A stretch of 30,677 nt of DNA, taken from positions 1 to 30,677 of the forward strand of contig NZ_VMQO03000003.1 of assembly GCF_009805595.3 (NCBI RefSeq), in the 5' to 3' direction. This document shows, one piece after another, positions 1 to 7,924 of the stretch. Both the position numbers and the translations under genes were made by a program. The DNA comes from Candidatus Tremblayella phenacoccinincola. Lineage in GTDB: Bacteria > Pseudomonadota > Gammaproteobacteria > Burkholderiales > Burkholderiaceae. The stretch's first letter is position 1. The number at the start of each line of letters is the position of its first letter. A model generated the notes under the pieces. The model made no database searches. It was not told the origin of the DNA and saw only the letters and a program-made list of their open reading frames with translations.

Positions 1-43
1 TATGATGTGATTAAAAAAGCTATTAACCATGTCTAAATAATAG

Positions 44-1303
44 CTATTCCCAAAATATCAAACAATATTCTTTTTTACCTCGCTTAACTAAGGTATAAGA
101 ATCGCATATAATATCAGAACCACAAAACCTATAGTTCTCTGAAAGCTGTTTTATACCGTTAATAGCTATTGACTTAGAACAAATCAGTTTTTTAGCTTGG
201 GTAATAGAAGAAGCTAGGCTTAGTTCAACTAAAGCTTTTTTTAAACTTATTTCTTTTTTAAGCCTCATCATTGGAAACCCACCATTAGATAAACGTATAA
301 TGTCAGCTTTTTTAAGATCAGAATAAACATTAGAATATAAACAATTAGTAATTCGTTTAGCAGTTAATAATTCTATATTACCATGTACTAAACGAGTGAC
401 TTCTTCAGCTAATAAATATTGGATTCGAGAATAACTATAAAAGCTTTGGGTTTTAAGCTTCTTAATATCAGATGCATTCATTAACGTAAAATAGCTAATA
501 TATCGAAAAGCATCAGCATCTGAAACATTAACCCAAAACTGATAAAACGTATAAGGACTAGTTTTGATAGGATCCAACCAAACAACATTATCTCCAGACT
601 TACTAAGTTTAGTACCATCAGGTTTAGTTAATAAAGGCAAAGTTAAACCAAAAGAATCTTTTTTATATAGCTTATTTATTAAGCTTATGCCAGCAGTTAT
701 ATTACCCCATTGGTCAGACCCCCCAATCTGTAGTATAACATTATAGTTCTTAAATAAATAAGCAAAATCATAGCTCTGTAATAGGCTATATGTGAACTCA
801 GAAAAAGATAAAGAAGCGCCACTCTTATTAACTCGCTGTTTTAAAAACCCTTTACTAATCATATTATTAATAGAAAACTGTTTTCCTATCTCACATATAA
901 ACGTTAATAGCTTCATTGAATAAAGCCAGTCATAGTTATTCACAACCAATATACTATCATCACAGCCTCTATTTAAGATTGCATATATTTGTTGTTTTAG
1001 CTTTTTAGACCAAGAATAAGAAATATCTTTAATATCTAAAAGCCGCTCGTTAATTCTAAAGCTAGGATCTCCTATTAACCCAGTGCCTCCTCCTATAAGA
1101 ACTATAGACCGATGTCCAAACATTTGAAATCGCTTTAGGCATAGAAGAGGCAAAAGGTGTCCAATATGTAAACTATCAGAAGTAGGATCAAAACCACAAT
1201 AAAGACTAATAGGTTCAGATAACTTACTAAATAATTCTTTTTTATTTGTTATATCCACTACTAAACCTAACTCTTCAAGCTGATGCATTATACCACTAAA
1301 CAT
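44..1303 (-). CDS. tyrS: tyrosyl-tRNA synthetase
   Basis: ORF 44..1414. Class I motifs HIGH (HIGHLLPL) and KMSKS-like (KLSKSG). Collinear with E. coli TyrRS from MFSGIMHQLEELGLV. Start placed at Met38 (1303), which has GGAG about 10 nt upstream and gives about 419 aa. Confidence 0.93.
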   Translation of the reverse strand: MFSGIMHQLEELGLVVDITNKKELFSKLSEPISLYCGFDPTSDSLHIGHLLPLLCLKRFQMFGHRSIVLIGGGTGLIGDPSFRINERLLDIKDISYSWSKKLKQQIYAILNRGCDDSILVVNNYDWLYSMKLLTFICEIGKQFSINNMISKGFLKQRVNKSGASLSFSEFTYSLLQSYDFAYLFKNYNVILQIGGSDQWGNITAGISLINKLYKKDSFGLTLPLLTKPDGTKLSKSGDNVVWLDPIKTSPYTFYQFWVNVSDADAFRYISYFTLMNASDIKKLKTQSFYSYSRIQYLLAEEVTRLVHGNIELLTAKRITNCLYSNVYSDLKKADIIRLSNGGFPMMRLKKEISLKKALVELSLASSITQAKKLICSKSIAINGIKQLSENYRFCGSDIICDSYTLVKRGKKEYCLIFWE

Positions 1304-1434
1304 ATTAATAACACTCCATAGTAAAAGATATTCTATAATATATAACTCAACTAAAAAGAAAAGGAAGCTGTTGGTAGAATCTAGAAGAACTATTTTAAAA
1401 TGAAGAAACACCAACCTAACAGAATACCAAGAGT

Positions 1435-1896
1435 TTAAAGCCTACAACAACGGAATAAGTTATTTAATTGTAAGGAACATTCATCTTGTAAAACACCAGA
1501 AGTAAAAGATAATGTTTGATTTATATATGTATAATACCTTAAGTGATTAAAATATCTAGCTGCTCCTACTTTATTATCATTAGCACCAAATATAACTCTA
1601 CTAACACGAGCATGTATTATGGAACCTAAACACATTAAGCAAGGTTCTAAAGTTACATATATCACTGATTCTAAAAAGCGATAGGCTTTAATTAGTTTAC
1701 CTGCGTTGCGTATAGCTAATACTTCAGCATGTGCTGTTGGATCATTAAGATAAATAGAAGAACTCCATCCCTCACCAACGACTTCATCATTTAAAACTAA
1801 CACAGCTCCAACTGGAACTTCACCTTTATATGCTGCTCGCTCTGCTAAATTAATGGCATGTTTCATCCAAAATATATCTTTATCAAAAGACCACAT
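1435..1896 (-). CDS. tadA: tRNA-specific adenosine deaminase
   Basis: 153-aa ORF with the zinc motifs of the CMP/dCMP deaminase fold (HAEVLAIR, PCLMCLGSI) and TadA-like length. Confidence 0.88.
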   Translation of the reverse strand: MWSFDKDIFWMKHAINLAERAAYKGEVPVGAVLVLNDEVVGEGWSSSIYLNDPTAHAEVLAIRNAGKLIKAYRFLESVIYVTLEPCLMCLGSIIHARVSRVIFGANDNKVGAARYFNHLRYYTYINQTLSFTSGVLQDECSLQLNNLFRCCRL

Positions 1897-2130
1897 AATA
1901 ATATGCTATAGTTATAGTTCTGTTATGTTTCTCATTTGGTTTCTAACTCTATCGTTTTGGTTCATTATGACATAGTAATAAGATTCTTCCCCAAACCTAA
2001 GAAGTCTTCCCAAGCTAAGAACATATAGTTTAACATCAAAAGTGACCCACAAAAGCTCTAACAAGTCCATATGATAAAAGCTCCTACCCTCCACTCCACA
2101 TAGAAAGACCTCAGCTAAAGACCTCAAGTT

Positions 2131-2139
2131 CCCCCCCCC
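2131..2139 (+). repeat. C9 homopolymer in spacer, 19 nt upstream of tRNA-Val
   Basis: Direct reading: ttcccccccccaaacc. Confidence 0.95.
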
Positions 2140-2157
2140 AAACCAATGACTAACCAA

Positions 2158-2231
2158 ACATCCGTAGTTCAGTTGGTTAGAACATCACTATGACACAGTG
2201 AAAGTCAGAGGTTCAAACCCTTTCGGATGTA
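2158..2231 (+). tRNA. tRNA-Val (anticodon GAC)
   Basis: Manual cloverleaf: acceptor ACATCCG/CGGATGT, anticodon stem TCACT/AGTGA, loop ATGACAC, T arm AGAGG-TTCAAAC-CCTTT. No encoded CCA. Confidence 0.88.
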
Positions 2232-2254
2232 CAATAAAACTACAAAAGCCTCCC

Positions 2255-3292
2255 ATGATAAAAACTAAAATAATCTGTACAATTGGACCAAGCACTAAGT
2301 CTATAAAAAACCTATCAAAGCTACTAAAAGAAGGAATGAACATAATTAGGATTAACTTATCGCACGGAACCCACAAAGAGCATGAAGATAAGATAAAAGC
2401 TATTCGATATATTCTATTAAAAACTAAAAGATATGCTTCAATTATGTTAGACACCAAAGGTCCTGAAATAAGAACAATGAACTTAGAGAATGGAATAGAA
2501 ATAGATCTAACATTAGGTCAAGAGCTTAGTTTAGTTAATAACCATAATATAACCGGAAATAAAAGCCTAGTTGCAATTACCTATAAGAAGCTTGTAAAAT
2601 ATATAGACATTGATAACAAAATACTTATAGATGATGGCTTAATAAAGCTAAATGTTATTGGAAAAGCTAGAAGCATAATAAAATGTAAAGTACTAAATAA
2701 TGGTAAGCTAGGAGAAAACAAAAGTATTAACATTCCAACTATTAACCTAAAGTTACCAACATTATCAGAAAAGGATAAAAAAGATATCATATTTGGATGC
2801 GAACAAAGGCTTGAATATATAGCTGCTTCTTTTATTAGATCTCTAAAGGATATAGTTATAATTAAGGCTTTTGTGTTTAAATATAAAGGAGAACCCATAA
2901 AGCTAATTTCAAAGCTAGAAAACCAAGAAGGGTTAAATAACTTTAATGCTATCTTAAAAAGCTCATATGGAATTATGATAGCTAGAGGTGACTTAGGGGT
3001 AGAAATACCAATAGAAGAAGTAATATTAGCACAAAAGCTAATAATAAATAAATGTAATCAAGCAAAAAAACCAGTAATAACGGCAACTCAATTGTTAGAA
3101 TCAATGATAGAAAACCCAAGACCAACAAGAGCAGAAGCTGGAGATGTAGCTAACGCCATACTAGATGGCTCCGATGCGGTGATGTTATCTGGTGAAACTG
3201 CAAAAGGAAAGTATCCTATTGAAGCTGTAAAGCTAATGCGTAAGATATGTAACCGTACTGATAATATTATGTCTCTATACCTAATAAGATAA
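2255..3292 (+). CDS. pykF: pyruvate kinase (PykF-like), C-terminal domain absent
   Basis: ORF 2198..3292, but its 5' part overlaps tRNA-Val. Homology starts at [12 protein letters not shown] (E. coli PykF MKKTKIVCTIGP). Retains [21 protein letters not shown] and [12 protein letters not shown]. Stops about 345 aa in, versus 470 aa in E. coli. Confidence 0.85.
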   Translation: MIKTKIICTIGPSTKSIKNLSKLLKEGMNIIRINLSHGTHKEHEDKIKAIRYILLKTKRYASIMLDTKGPEIRTMNLENGIEIDLTLGQELSLVNNHNITGNKSLVAITYKKLVKYIDIDNKILIDDGLIKLNVIGKARSIIKCKVLNNGKLGENKSINIPTINLKLPTLSEKDKKDIIFGCEQRLEYIAASFIRSLKDIVIIKAFVFKYKGEPIKLISKLENQEGLNNFNAILKSSYGIMIARGDLGVEIPIEEVILAQKLIINKCNQAKKPVITATQLLESMIENPRPTRAEAGDVANAILDGSDAVMLSGETAKGKYPIEAVKLMRKICNRTDNIMSLYLIR

Positions 3293-3305
3293 TAACATGG
3301 AAACA

Positions 3306-3377
3306 TGGAACTAGTCGGTCTCGAACCGACGTTTCCTGTGTGCAAAACAGGTATTCTGCCAACTAAACTATAGTCCC
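3306..3377 (-). tRNA. tRNA-Ala (anticodon UGC)
   Basis: Reverse complement folds: acceptor GGGACTA/TAGTTCC with the G3:U70 Ala identity pair, anticodon loop TTTGCAC, T arm GTCGG-TTCGAGA-CCGAC. No CCA. Confidence 0.88.
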
Positions 3378-3413
3378 TCATATTCAATAATTATACCAAT
3401 AGACTCCCCATCA

Positions 3414-3485
3414 TAGACTTGACTGGGCTTGAACCAGTGTCCTCAGTCTTATCAAGACTGCGTTCTACCACTGAACTACAAGTCT
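3414..3485 (-). tRNA. tRNA-Ile (anticodon GAU)
   Basis: Reverse complement AGACTTGTAGTTCAGTGGTAGAAC...CTTGATAAG... closely parallels E. coli ileT. Acceptor AGACTTG/CAAGTCT. No CCA. Confidence 0.9.
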
Positions 3486-3527
3486 ATTCTTATATAGCTT
3501 TGTTGTTCTTAAAGAGCTATATAGGTT

Positions 3528-3563
3528 AACAGTAACAGTAACAACAATAGCAATAGCAATAAA
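3528..3563 (+). repeat. degenerate hexamer microsatellite (AACAGT x2, AACAAC, AATAGC x2, AATAAA)
   Basis: Direct reading; lies 21 bp upstream of the cysG N-domain start codon. Confidence 0.8.
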
Positions 3564-3584
3564 CCAATAACAACCATAAGCTAA

Positions 3585-4130
3585 ATGAAGTTTTTGCCTA
3601 TATATCTAAGAACCGTAAACACCAATGCTTTTGTAATAGGTGGGGGAATAGTAGCAGCAAATAAACTAAAAGCAATAAGAGCTATCTGTGGTTCTATATT
3701 TCTAATAACAAAACCAATATGCAATAAGCTAAACAAAGCTAAGACAAACTACTCTAATATCTGTTGGTTAAAAAAAAGACCTGAAGCTATTAGTTTAAAC
3801 AATAGTTGTCTAGTAGTTATAGCCAAAAATGATATTATCTTATATAAGCTAACTAATAAACCTATACTAAATAAACCTAGACTATTAAACATAGTTGATA
3901 ATATAAAAACCTGCTCTTATATATTTCCGTCAATAGTAAACAGATGTCCAATAATAATAAGCATATGTTCAATCAATAGGTCACCAACAGTAACAAAGCA
4001 TATACGCAATAAACTAAAAAGCACAATACCATTAGTTACTAACCTAATAATAGATAAACTATCAAGCTGGAGAAATAAGCTAACTATAAAGAAGGACAAT
4101 AACAAAAAAGCCTTTTGGGTTTTTATTTAG
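3585..4130 (+). CDS. cysG: siroheme synthase N-terminal module (precorrin-2 dehydrogenase / sirohydrochlorin ferrochelatase)
   Basis: MKFLPIYLRTVNTNAFVIGGGIVAANK parallels E. coli CysG [27 protein letters not shown]. Conserved FW near the end. Terminates at 4128-4130, in a different frame from the C-module ORF. Confidence 0.8.
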   Translation: MKFLPIYLRTVNTNAFVIGGGIVAANKLKAIRAICGSIFLITKPICNKLNKAKTNYSNICWLKKRPEAISLNNSCLVVIAKNDIILYKLTNKPILNKPRLLNIVDNIKTCSYIFPSIVNRCPIIISICSINRSPTVTKHIRNKLKSTIPLVTNLIIDKLSSWRNKLTIKKDNNKKAFWVFI

Positions 4131-4143
4131 GAAGCTTTTAAAT

Positions 4144-4938
4144 ATGTTAAAACTAAAACAAAAGACATATCTAAATAAACCTATAAAACCAAATAGTAAA
4201 CACTTAAAGACCATAAAGACTATAAAGATAACAATAATAGGAGCAGGTCCAGGAAATAAAGAGCTAATAACAATAAAAGGGTTTAAGCTAATAAAAGAAG
4301 CTAATATAATATTATTCGATAACTTAGTAAGTAAAGAAATAATAAACATAGCTAGGTTAACTACAAGAAAAATATACATTGGAAAGAAGGCAGGTAAAAA
4401 GTATATCAAACAAAAAGCTATAAATAAGTTAATAATAAGCTTAGCTAAAAAAGGAAATAACATAGTACGTCTAAAAGGGGGAGATCCTTATATATTTGGG
4501 AGAGGTGGAGAAGAAATGAAAGCTATAATCAATAATAAGATAGCATTCCAAATAATACCTGGTATAACAACAGCAATAGGTTCTACCATAGGAATACCAT
4601 TAACTCATAGAAACTACTCTAATAATATAGCTTTTACAACAGGGTCTATATCCTATAAAAACAAACCTAACTGGAATCTAGAACTAAATAAAAAGCAAAC
4701 AATAATAATGTATATGTATGCAAGTAATATAACTAAGCTAAAAGAAAAGCTATTAAAAAGTAGCTTCTCAAATAAAACTCCAATAGCAATAATTACATCA
4801 AGCACTAATAAAAACCAAAAGATAATAATAAGCAACATAAAAAGCATAGAAAGCTTATCAAATAATAATACAACACCCTCTATATTGATAATAGGAAATA
4901 TAATAAAGCTATATAGAGATATTACTACATTCAATTAA
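4144..4938 (+). CDS. cysG: siroheme synthase C-terminal module (uroporphyrinogen-III C-methyltransferase)
   Basis: IIGAGPGNKELITIKG, VRLKGGDPYIFGRGGEE and IPGITTAIG...IPLTHR match the CysG/CobA SAM methyltransferase domain. Its frame is open back to 4102, overlapping the end of the N-module ORF. Confidence 0.85.
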   Translation: MLKLKQKTYLNKPIKPNSKHLKTIKTIKITIIGAGPGNKELITIKGFKLIKEANIILFDNLVSKEIINIARLTTRKIYIGKKAGKKYIKQKAINKLIISLAKKGNNIVRLKGGDPYIFGRGGEEMKAIINNKIAFQIIPGITTAIGSTIGIPLTHRNYSNNIAFTTGSISYKNKPNWNLELNKKQTIIMYMYASNITKLKEKLLKSSFSNKTPIAIITSSTNKNQKIIISNIKSIESLSNNNTTPSILIIGNIIKLYRDITTFN

Positions 4939-4972
4939 TAAGAGCATAAGTCCCTTCTAAACCTATAACAAT

Positions 4973-4982
4973 CCCCCCCCCC
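4973..4982 (+). repeat. C10 homopolymer in spacer
   Basis: Direct reading: caatccccccccccttctc. Lies 40 bp upstream of the argH remnant ATG. Confidence 0.95.
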
Positions 4983-5021
4983 TTCTCTAACAGCTAACAC
5001 CTAAAAAGGAAAAGAGCTAGA

Positions 5022-5126
5022 ATGTCTTTATGGGACGGCCGCTTCAAAGAAAAGCTAAACATAATGTTTGAATACTTTAACAACTCCTTAAAAACCGATT
5101 ATAGGTTCATAACGAAATATAGCTAA
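5022..5126 (+). pseudogene. argH: argininosuccinate lyase N-terminal remnant (34 codons)
   Basis: Translation MSLWDGRFKEKLNIMFEYFNNSLKTDYRFITKYS* parallels E. coli ArgH [34 protein letters not shown]. The remaining roughly 420 codons are absent; tRNA-Trp begins 32 bp later. Confidence 0.65.
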
Positions 5127-5157
5127 CCATAAGTCTATTGCATTATAATTAGGAAAG

Positions 5158-5231
5158 CAGGGATAGAGAGTCTCGAACTCCCAACAGCTGGTTTTGGAGA
5201 CCAGTACTCTGCCAAGTTGAGTTATATCCCT
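5158..5231 (-). tRNA. tRNA-Trp (anticodon CCA)
   Basis: Reverse complement AGGGATATAACTCAACTTGGCAGAGTACTGGTCTCCAAAACCAG...GGGAGTTCGAGACTCTCTATCCCTG, very close to E. coli trpT. No encoded CCA end. Confidence 0.9.
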
Positions 5232-5233
5232 TG

Positions 5234-5307
5234 CGGTGCGGGCGAGTTTCGAACTCGCCACCTTCGGCGTGACAAACCGATATTCTAACCAACTGAACTA
5301 CCGCACC
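5234..5307 (-). tRNA. tRNA-Asp (anticodon GUC)
   Basis: Reverse complement GGTGCGGTAGTTCAGTTGGTTAGAATATCGGTTTGTCACGCCGA...GCGAGTTCGAAACTCGCCCGCACCG, close to E. coli aspT. Only 2 bp from tRNA-Trp. Confidence 0.9.
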
Positions 5308-5451
5308 TATAGACTTAAGCAGTTTCTTACTCTAGTCAAAGGACTAGTTTATAAACCGAATTAAGCAGAATCTATTATGTGGTTCTAACTGGTATTATAT
5401 TGTTGTTAAGAAGAATGCTTTTTCTAGAAGGCTGGTTGGATTCTAGAATGG

Positions 5452-5838
5452 TTAGCAGGACAAGCTATTACCAGTTCTAGGAAAGGCTACTCCCCCCGAA
5501 TAAAAGCAGCTATAGTTACCAAGATGACATATAATTCCTTTTAATAGAGAATATATTAATATTGAGTCTTTATCGCAGTCTAAATATAAACTATAAGCTT
5601 CTAAGATATTTCCAGATGTTTCTCCTTTAACCCATAAGCTGTATTTAGATCTGGAATAAAATATAACATAACCACTTTCTAAACTAATATCTATACTTTC
5701 TATATCAGAATAGCCTATCATTAAAAGTTCTTTTGTTATGATATCTTGAATAACCATAGTCTTTAGTTTATTATGCTTTTTAAAATAACATAGAAAGTCC
5801 TTTAAATAGTTTAACTTAAGAACTTTGTTTATATTCAT
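5452..5838 (-). CDS. hisI: phosphoribosyl-AMP cyclohydrolase (HisI domain only)
   Basis: LWVKGETSGN, LDCDKDS and CHLGNYSCF match the HisI cyclohydrolase domain. 128 aa versus 203 aa for E. coli HisIE. ATGA overlap with hisF. Confidence 0.85.
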   Translation of the reverse strand: MNINKVLKLNYLKDFLCYFKKHNKLKTMVIQDIITKELLMIGYSDIESIDISLESGYVIFYSRSKYSLWVKGETSGNILEAYSLYLDCDKDSILIYSLLKGIICHLGNYSCFYSGGVAFPRTGNSLSC

Positions 5839-6608
5839 AGTCTAACTTCAACTCCTTTACTTAATAAAAACCTCTTTAAGTTTTTAATATCAATAATGTT
5901 TTTATGGAAAGCAGTGGCAGCTAAAACACCATCGACCTTAGCTGTTTTCAAAGCAGCTAAGAAATGTTGGTCTTTTCCAGCACCACCTGAGACAATAAGA
6001 GGTATAGAACAGTGTTTACGGATATCTGAAAGCTGTTTTATATCATATCCATTTTTAAGACCATCTTGGTTAATAACATTTATTACAACTTCTCCAGCTC
6101 CTAGCTTTTGTATAGTTTCAATCCATGATATGGTTTGCCAATTAGTATAGTTTGTTATATATTGGTTTCCAGTATATTTTTTTACTTGATAGCTGTTGGA
6201 GCTTTTGATAAACCAACTATCAATGCCTACAACTACACACTGTGAACCAAATACATCTGCTAAACGGCTTATAAAAAAAGGATCGTTTAGCGCAGGAGTA
6301 TTTATTGATATCTTATCTGCCCCTAAAGAAAATATTTCCTTAGCTTGAGATACTTTGTTAATTCCACCTGCGACGCAAAATGGAATATTAATAGATTCAG
6401 CTACCTTAGATATCCAGCTTTTATTTAGTAACCTATTTTCTGTAGATGCTGCTATATCATAGAATACTAATTCATCAGCACCAGAAGTAGCATAGTATTT
6501 AGAAAAGTCAACAACATTTCCAATGGTTTTATGGTTAGTAAACCTTTTACCTTTAATTACTTTTCCATTGAATATATCAAGACACGGAATTATACGTTTC
6601 GCCAACAT
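5835..6608 (-). CDS. hisF: imidazole glycerol phosphate synthase cyclase subunit
   Basis: MLAKRIIPCLD..., ADELVFYDI, FCVAGGI and SGGAG are collinear with E. coli HisF over 257 aa. Confidence 0.95.
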   Translation of the reverse strand: MLAKRIIPCLDIFNGKVIKGKRFTNHKTIGNVVDFSKYYATSGADELVFYDIAASTENRLLNKSWISKVAESINIPFCVAGGINKVSQAKEIFSLGADKISINTPALNDPFFISRLADVFGSQCVVVGIDSWFIKSSNSYQVKKYTGNQYITNYTNWQTISWIETIQKLGAGEVVINVINQDGLKNGYDIKQLSDIRKHCSIPLIVSGGAGKDQHFLAALKTAKVDGVLAATAFHKNIIDIKNLKRFLLSKGVEVRL

Positions 6609-7330
6609 TCTATAGTCTCCAAAAAGTTAATCTTATTTTCTATAAAGGCACGTCCAACTATTATATTTTTAATACCTATGTAGCGAAGCTTAATAATATC
6701 ATTTAGGCTTTTAACTCCACCAGAAGACTGAAAAGATATATTAGGCCAATTATCTAATAGGTATTTATATAAGCTTAAATTAACTCCAATAAAAGTACCG
6801 TCTCTTGAAATATCAGTACATAGTATATGTTTAATACCATAGCATACATAATGATTAATAATATTATCAATAGTTTTGTTAGAGCTTTTTTGCCAGCCGT
6901 TAATGTACACTGAATATTTGCCATTAGGTTTATTGTATATATCTAAAGCTAAAACTATCTTTTCTGGACCAAATATGGTTAACCATTCTTGAACCTTTCT
7001 TGGCTCCTTAATAGCAATAGAACCTATTACTATTCGAGAAGCTCCTAGTTTTAATAATGCATGTATATCAGAAGAACTACGGATGCCTCCACCTACTTGC
7101 AATACTATTGATTTACATTTTGTTACTATCTTAGAGACTAGGTTTAACTGCCGCTTTAATGGGTTTTTAGCGCCTGATAGATCAACTAAATGTATAATAT
7201 TTGTTCTTTTTTCTATATAGTATTTAATATAATATAAAGGCTCTTGATTATATTTACGTAAGCATTGGAAATTGCCTTGATATAAGCGTACAATAGAGTT
7301 AAACATAAAATCTATAGAAGGGATAATCAT
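6590..7330 (-). CDS. hisA: ProFAR isomerase
   Basis: MIIPSIDF..., HLVDLSGAK, QVGGGIRS, CTDISRDGT and FQSSGGV are collinear with E. coli HisA (246 aa). Confidence 0.93.
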   Translation of the reverse strand: MIIPSIDFMFNSIVRLYQGNFQCLRKYNQEPLYYIKYYIEKRTNIIHLVDLSGAKNPLKRQLNLVSKIVTKCKSIVLQVGGGIRSSSDIHALLKLGASRIVIGSIAIKEPRKVQEWLTIFGPEKIVLALDIYNKPNGKYSVYINGWQKSSNKTIDNIINHYVCYGIKHILCTDISRDGTFIGVNLSLYKYLLDNWPNISFQSSGGVKSLNDIIKLRYIGIKNIIVGRAFIENKINFLETIECWRNV

Positions 7331-7333
7331 TTA

Positions 7334-7924
7334 CTATAGCTCTAGAAAGTTTCTTAATAACTGCTTTCCTAATATCCCTGAACGTTCTGGGTGAAACTGA
7401 ACTCCAAAAAAGCTGTTTATTTTGAAAGCTGCTGTATATAGATCACCATATATTGAACTCGCTATATTTGATATGCATAAAGGAACGCTATAGCTATGGA
7501 CAAAATAAAAGTAACTACCATTTTCAATGCTTTTGAATAAAAGGTCCTTATTTTGATGAATAACCTTATTCCATCCAATATGAGGAATGTGCTTCCCATA
7601 GTTAGATAGCTGTTCTGTTTGGTTATTTATTATACCTATAGTTTTTATAGAAAGGCCTTCTTTACTGCTTAAACTCAGTAGCTGCATACCAAGACAAATG
7701 CCTAATATTGGTTTAGGGAAAGCTTTTATTATATTAACTAACATATAGGTTTTAACATTGTTCATAACTAAAGAAGCTGTGCCTATGCCTGGTATTAATA
7801 GTTTATCAGCGTTTAATATTGTATTGTAATCAGAGCTAACTATGGGTTTATATCCTAACTTATGTATTATAGTTTTTACTGAATATATGTTAGCACAGCC
7901 TGTATTTAAGATAACTATTAACAT
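7334..7924 (-). CDS. hisH: imidazole glycerol phosphate synthase glutamine amidotransferase subunit
   Basis: Class I GATase triad context GICLGMQLL and FHPERSG. 196 aa, in his operon position. Confidence 0.92.
   Translation of the reverse strand: MLIVILNTGCANIYSVKTIIHKLGYKPIVSSDYNTILNADKLLIPGIGTASLVMNNVKTYMLVNIIKAFPKPILGICLGMQLLSLSSKEGLSIKTIGIINNQTEQLSNYGKHIPHIGWNKVIHQNKDLLFKSIENGSYFYFVHSYSVPLCISNIASSIYGDLYTAAFKINSFFGVQFHPERSGILGKQLLRNFLEL

Noticed and set aside
1912-2157. 81-aa minus-strand ORF in the tadA/tRNA-Val spacer
   Set aside because: No recognisable motif. It lies in low-complexity spacer with internal tandem repeats (AAAGACCTCA x2, CTTCCC..CTAAGAA x2) and a C9 run, and abuts the tRNA. 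Most likely a chance ORF.
2188-2457. 89-aa minus-strand ORF, and the 5' extension of the pyk ORF (2198-2254)
   Set aside because: Both overlap tRNA-Val. Pyruvate kinase homology only starts at Met 2255.
3088-3387. 99-aa minus-strand ORF
   Set aside because: Antisense to the pykF 3' end and runs through tRNA-Ala; no homology.
5422-5448. TTCTAGAA ... TTCTAGAA palindrome pair just downstream of hisI, as a possible his operon terminator
   Set aside because: It could form an 8-bp AT-rich stem with an 11-nt loop, but on the his sense strand it is followed by AAAAAG rather than a U tract. Too weak to call.
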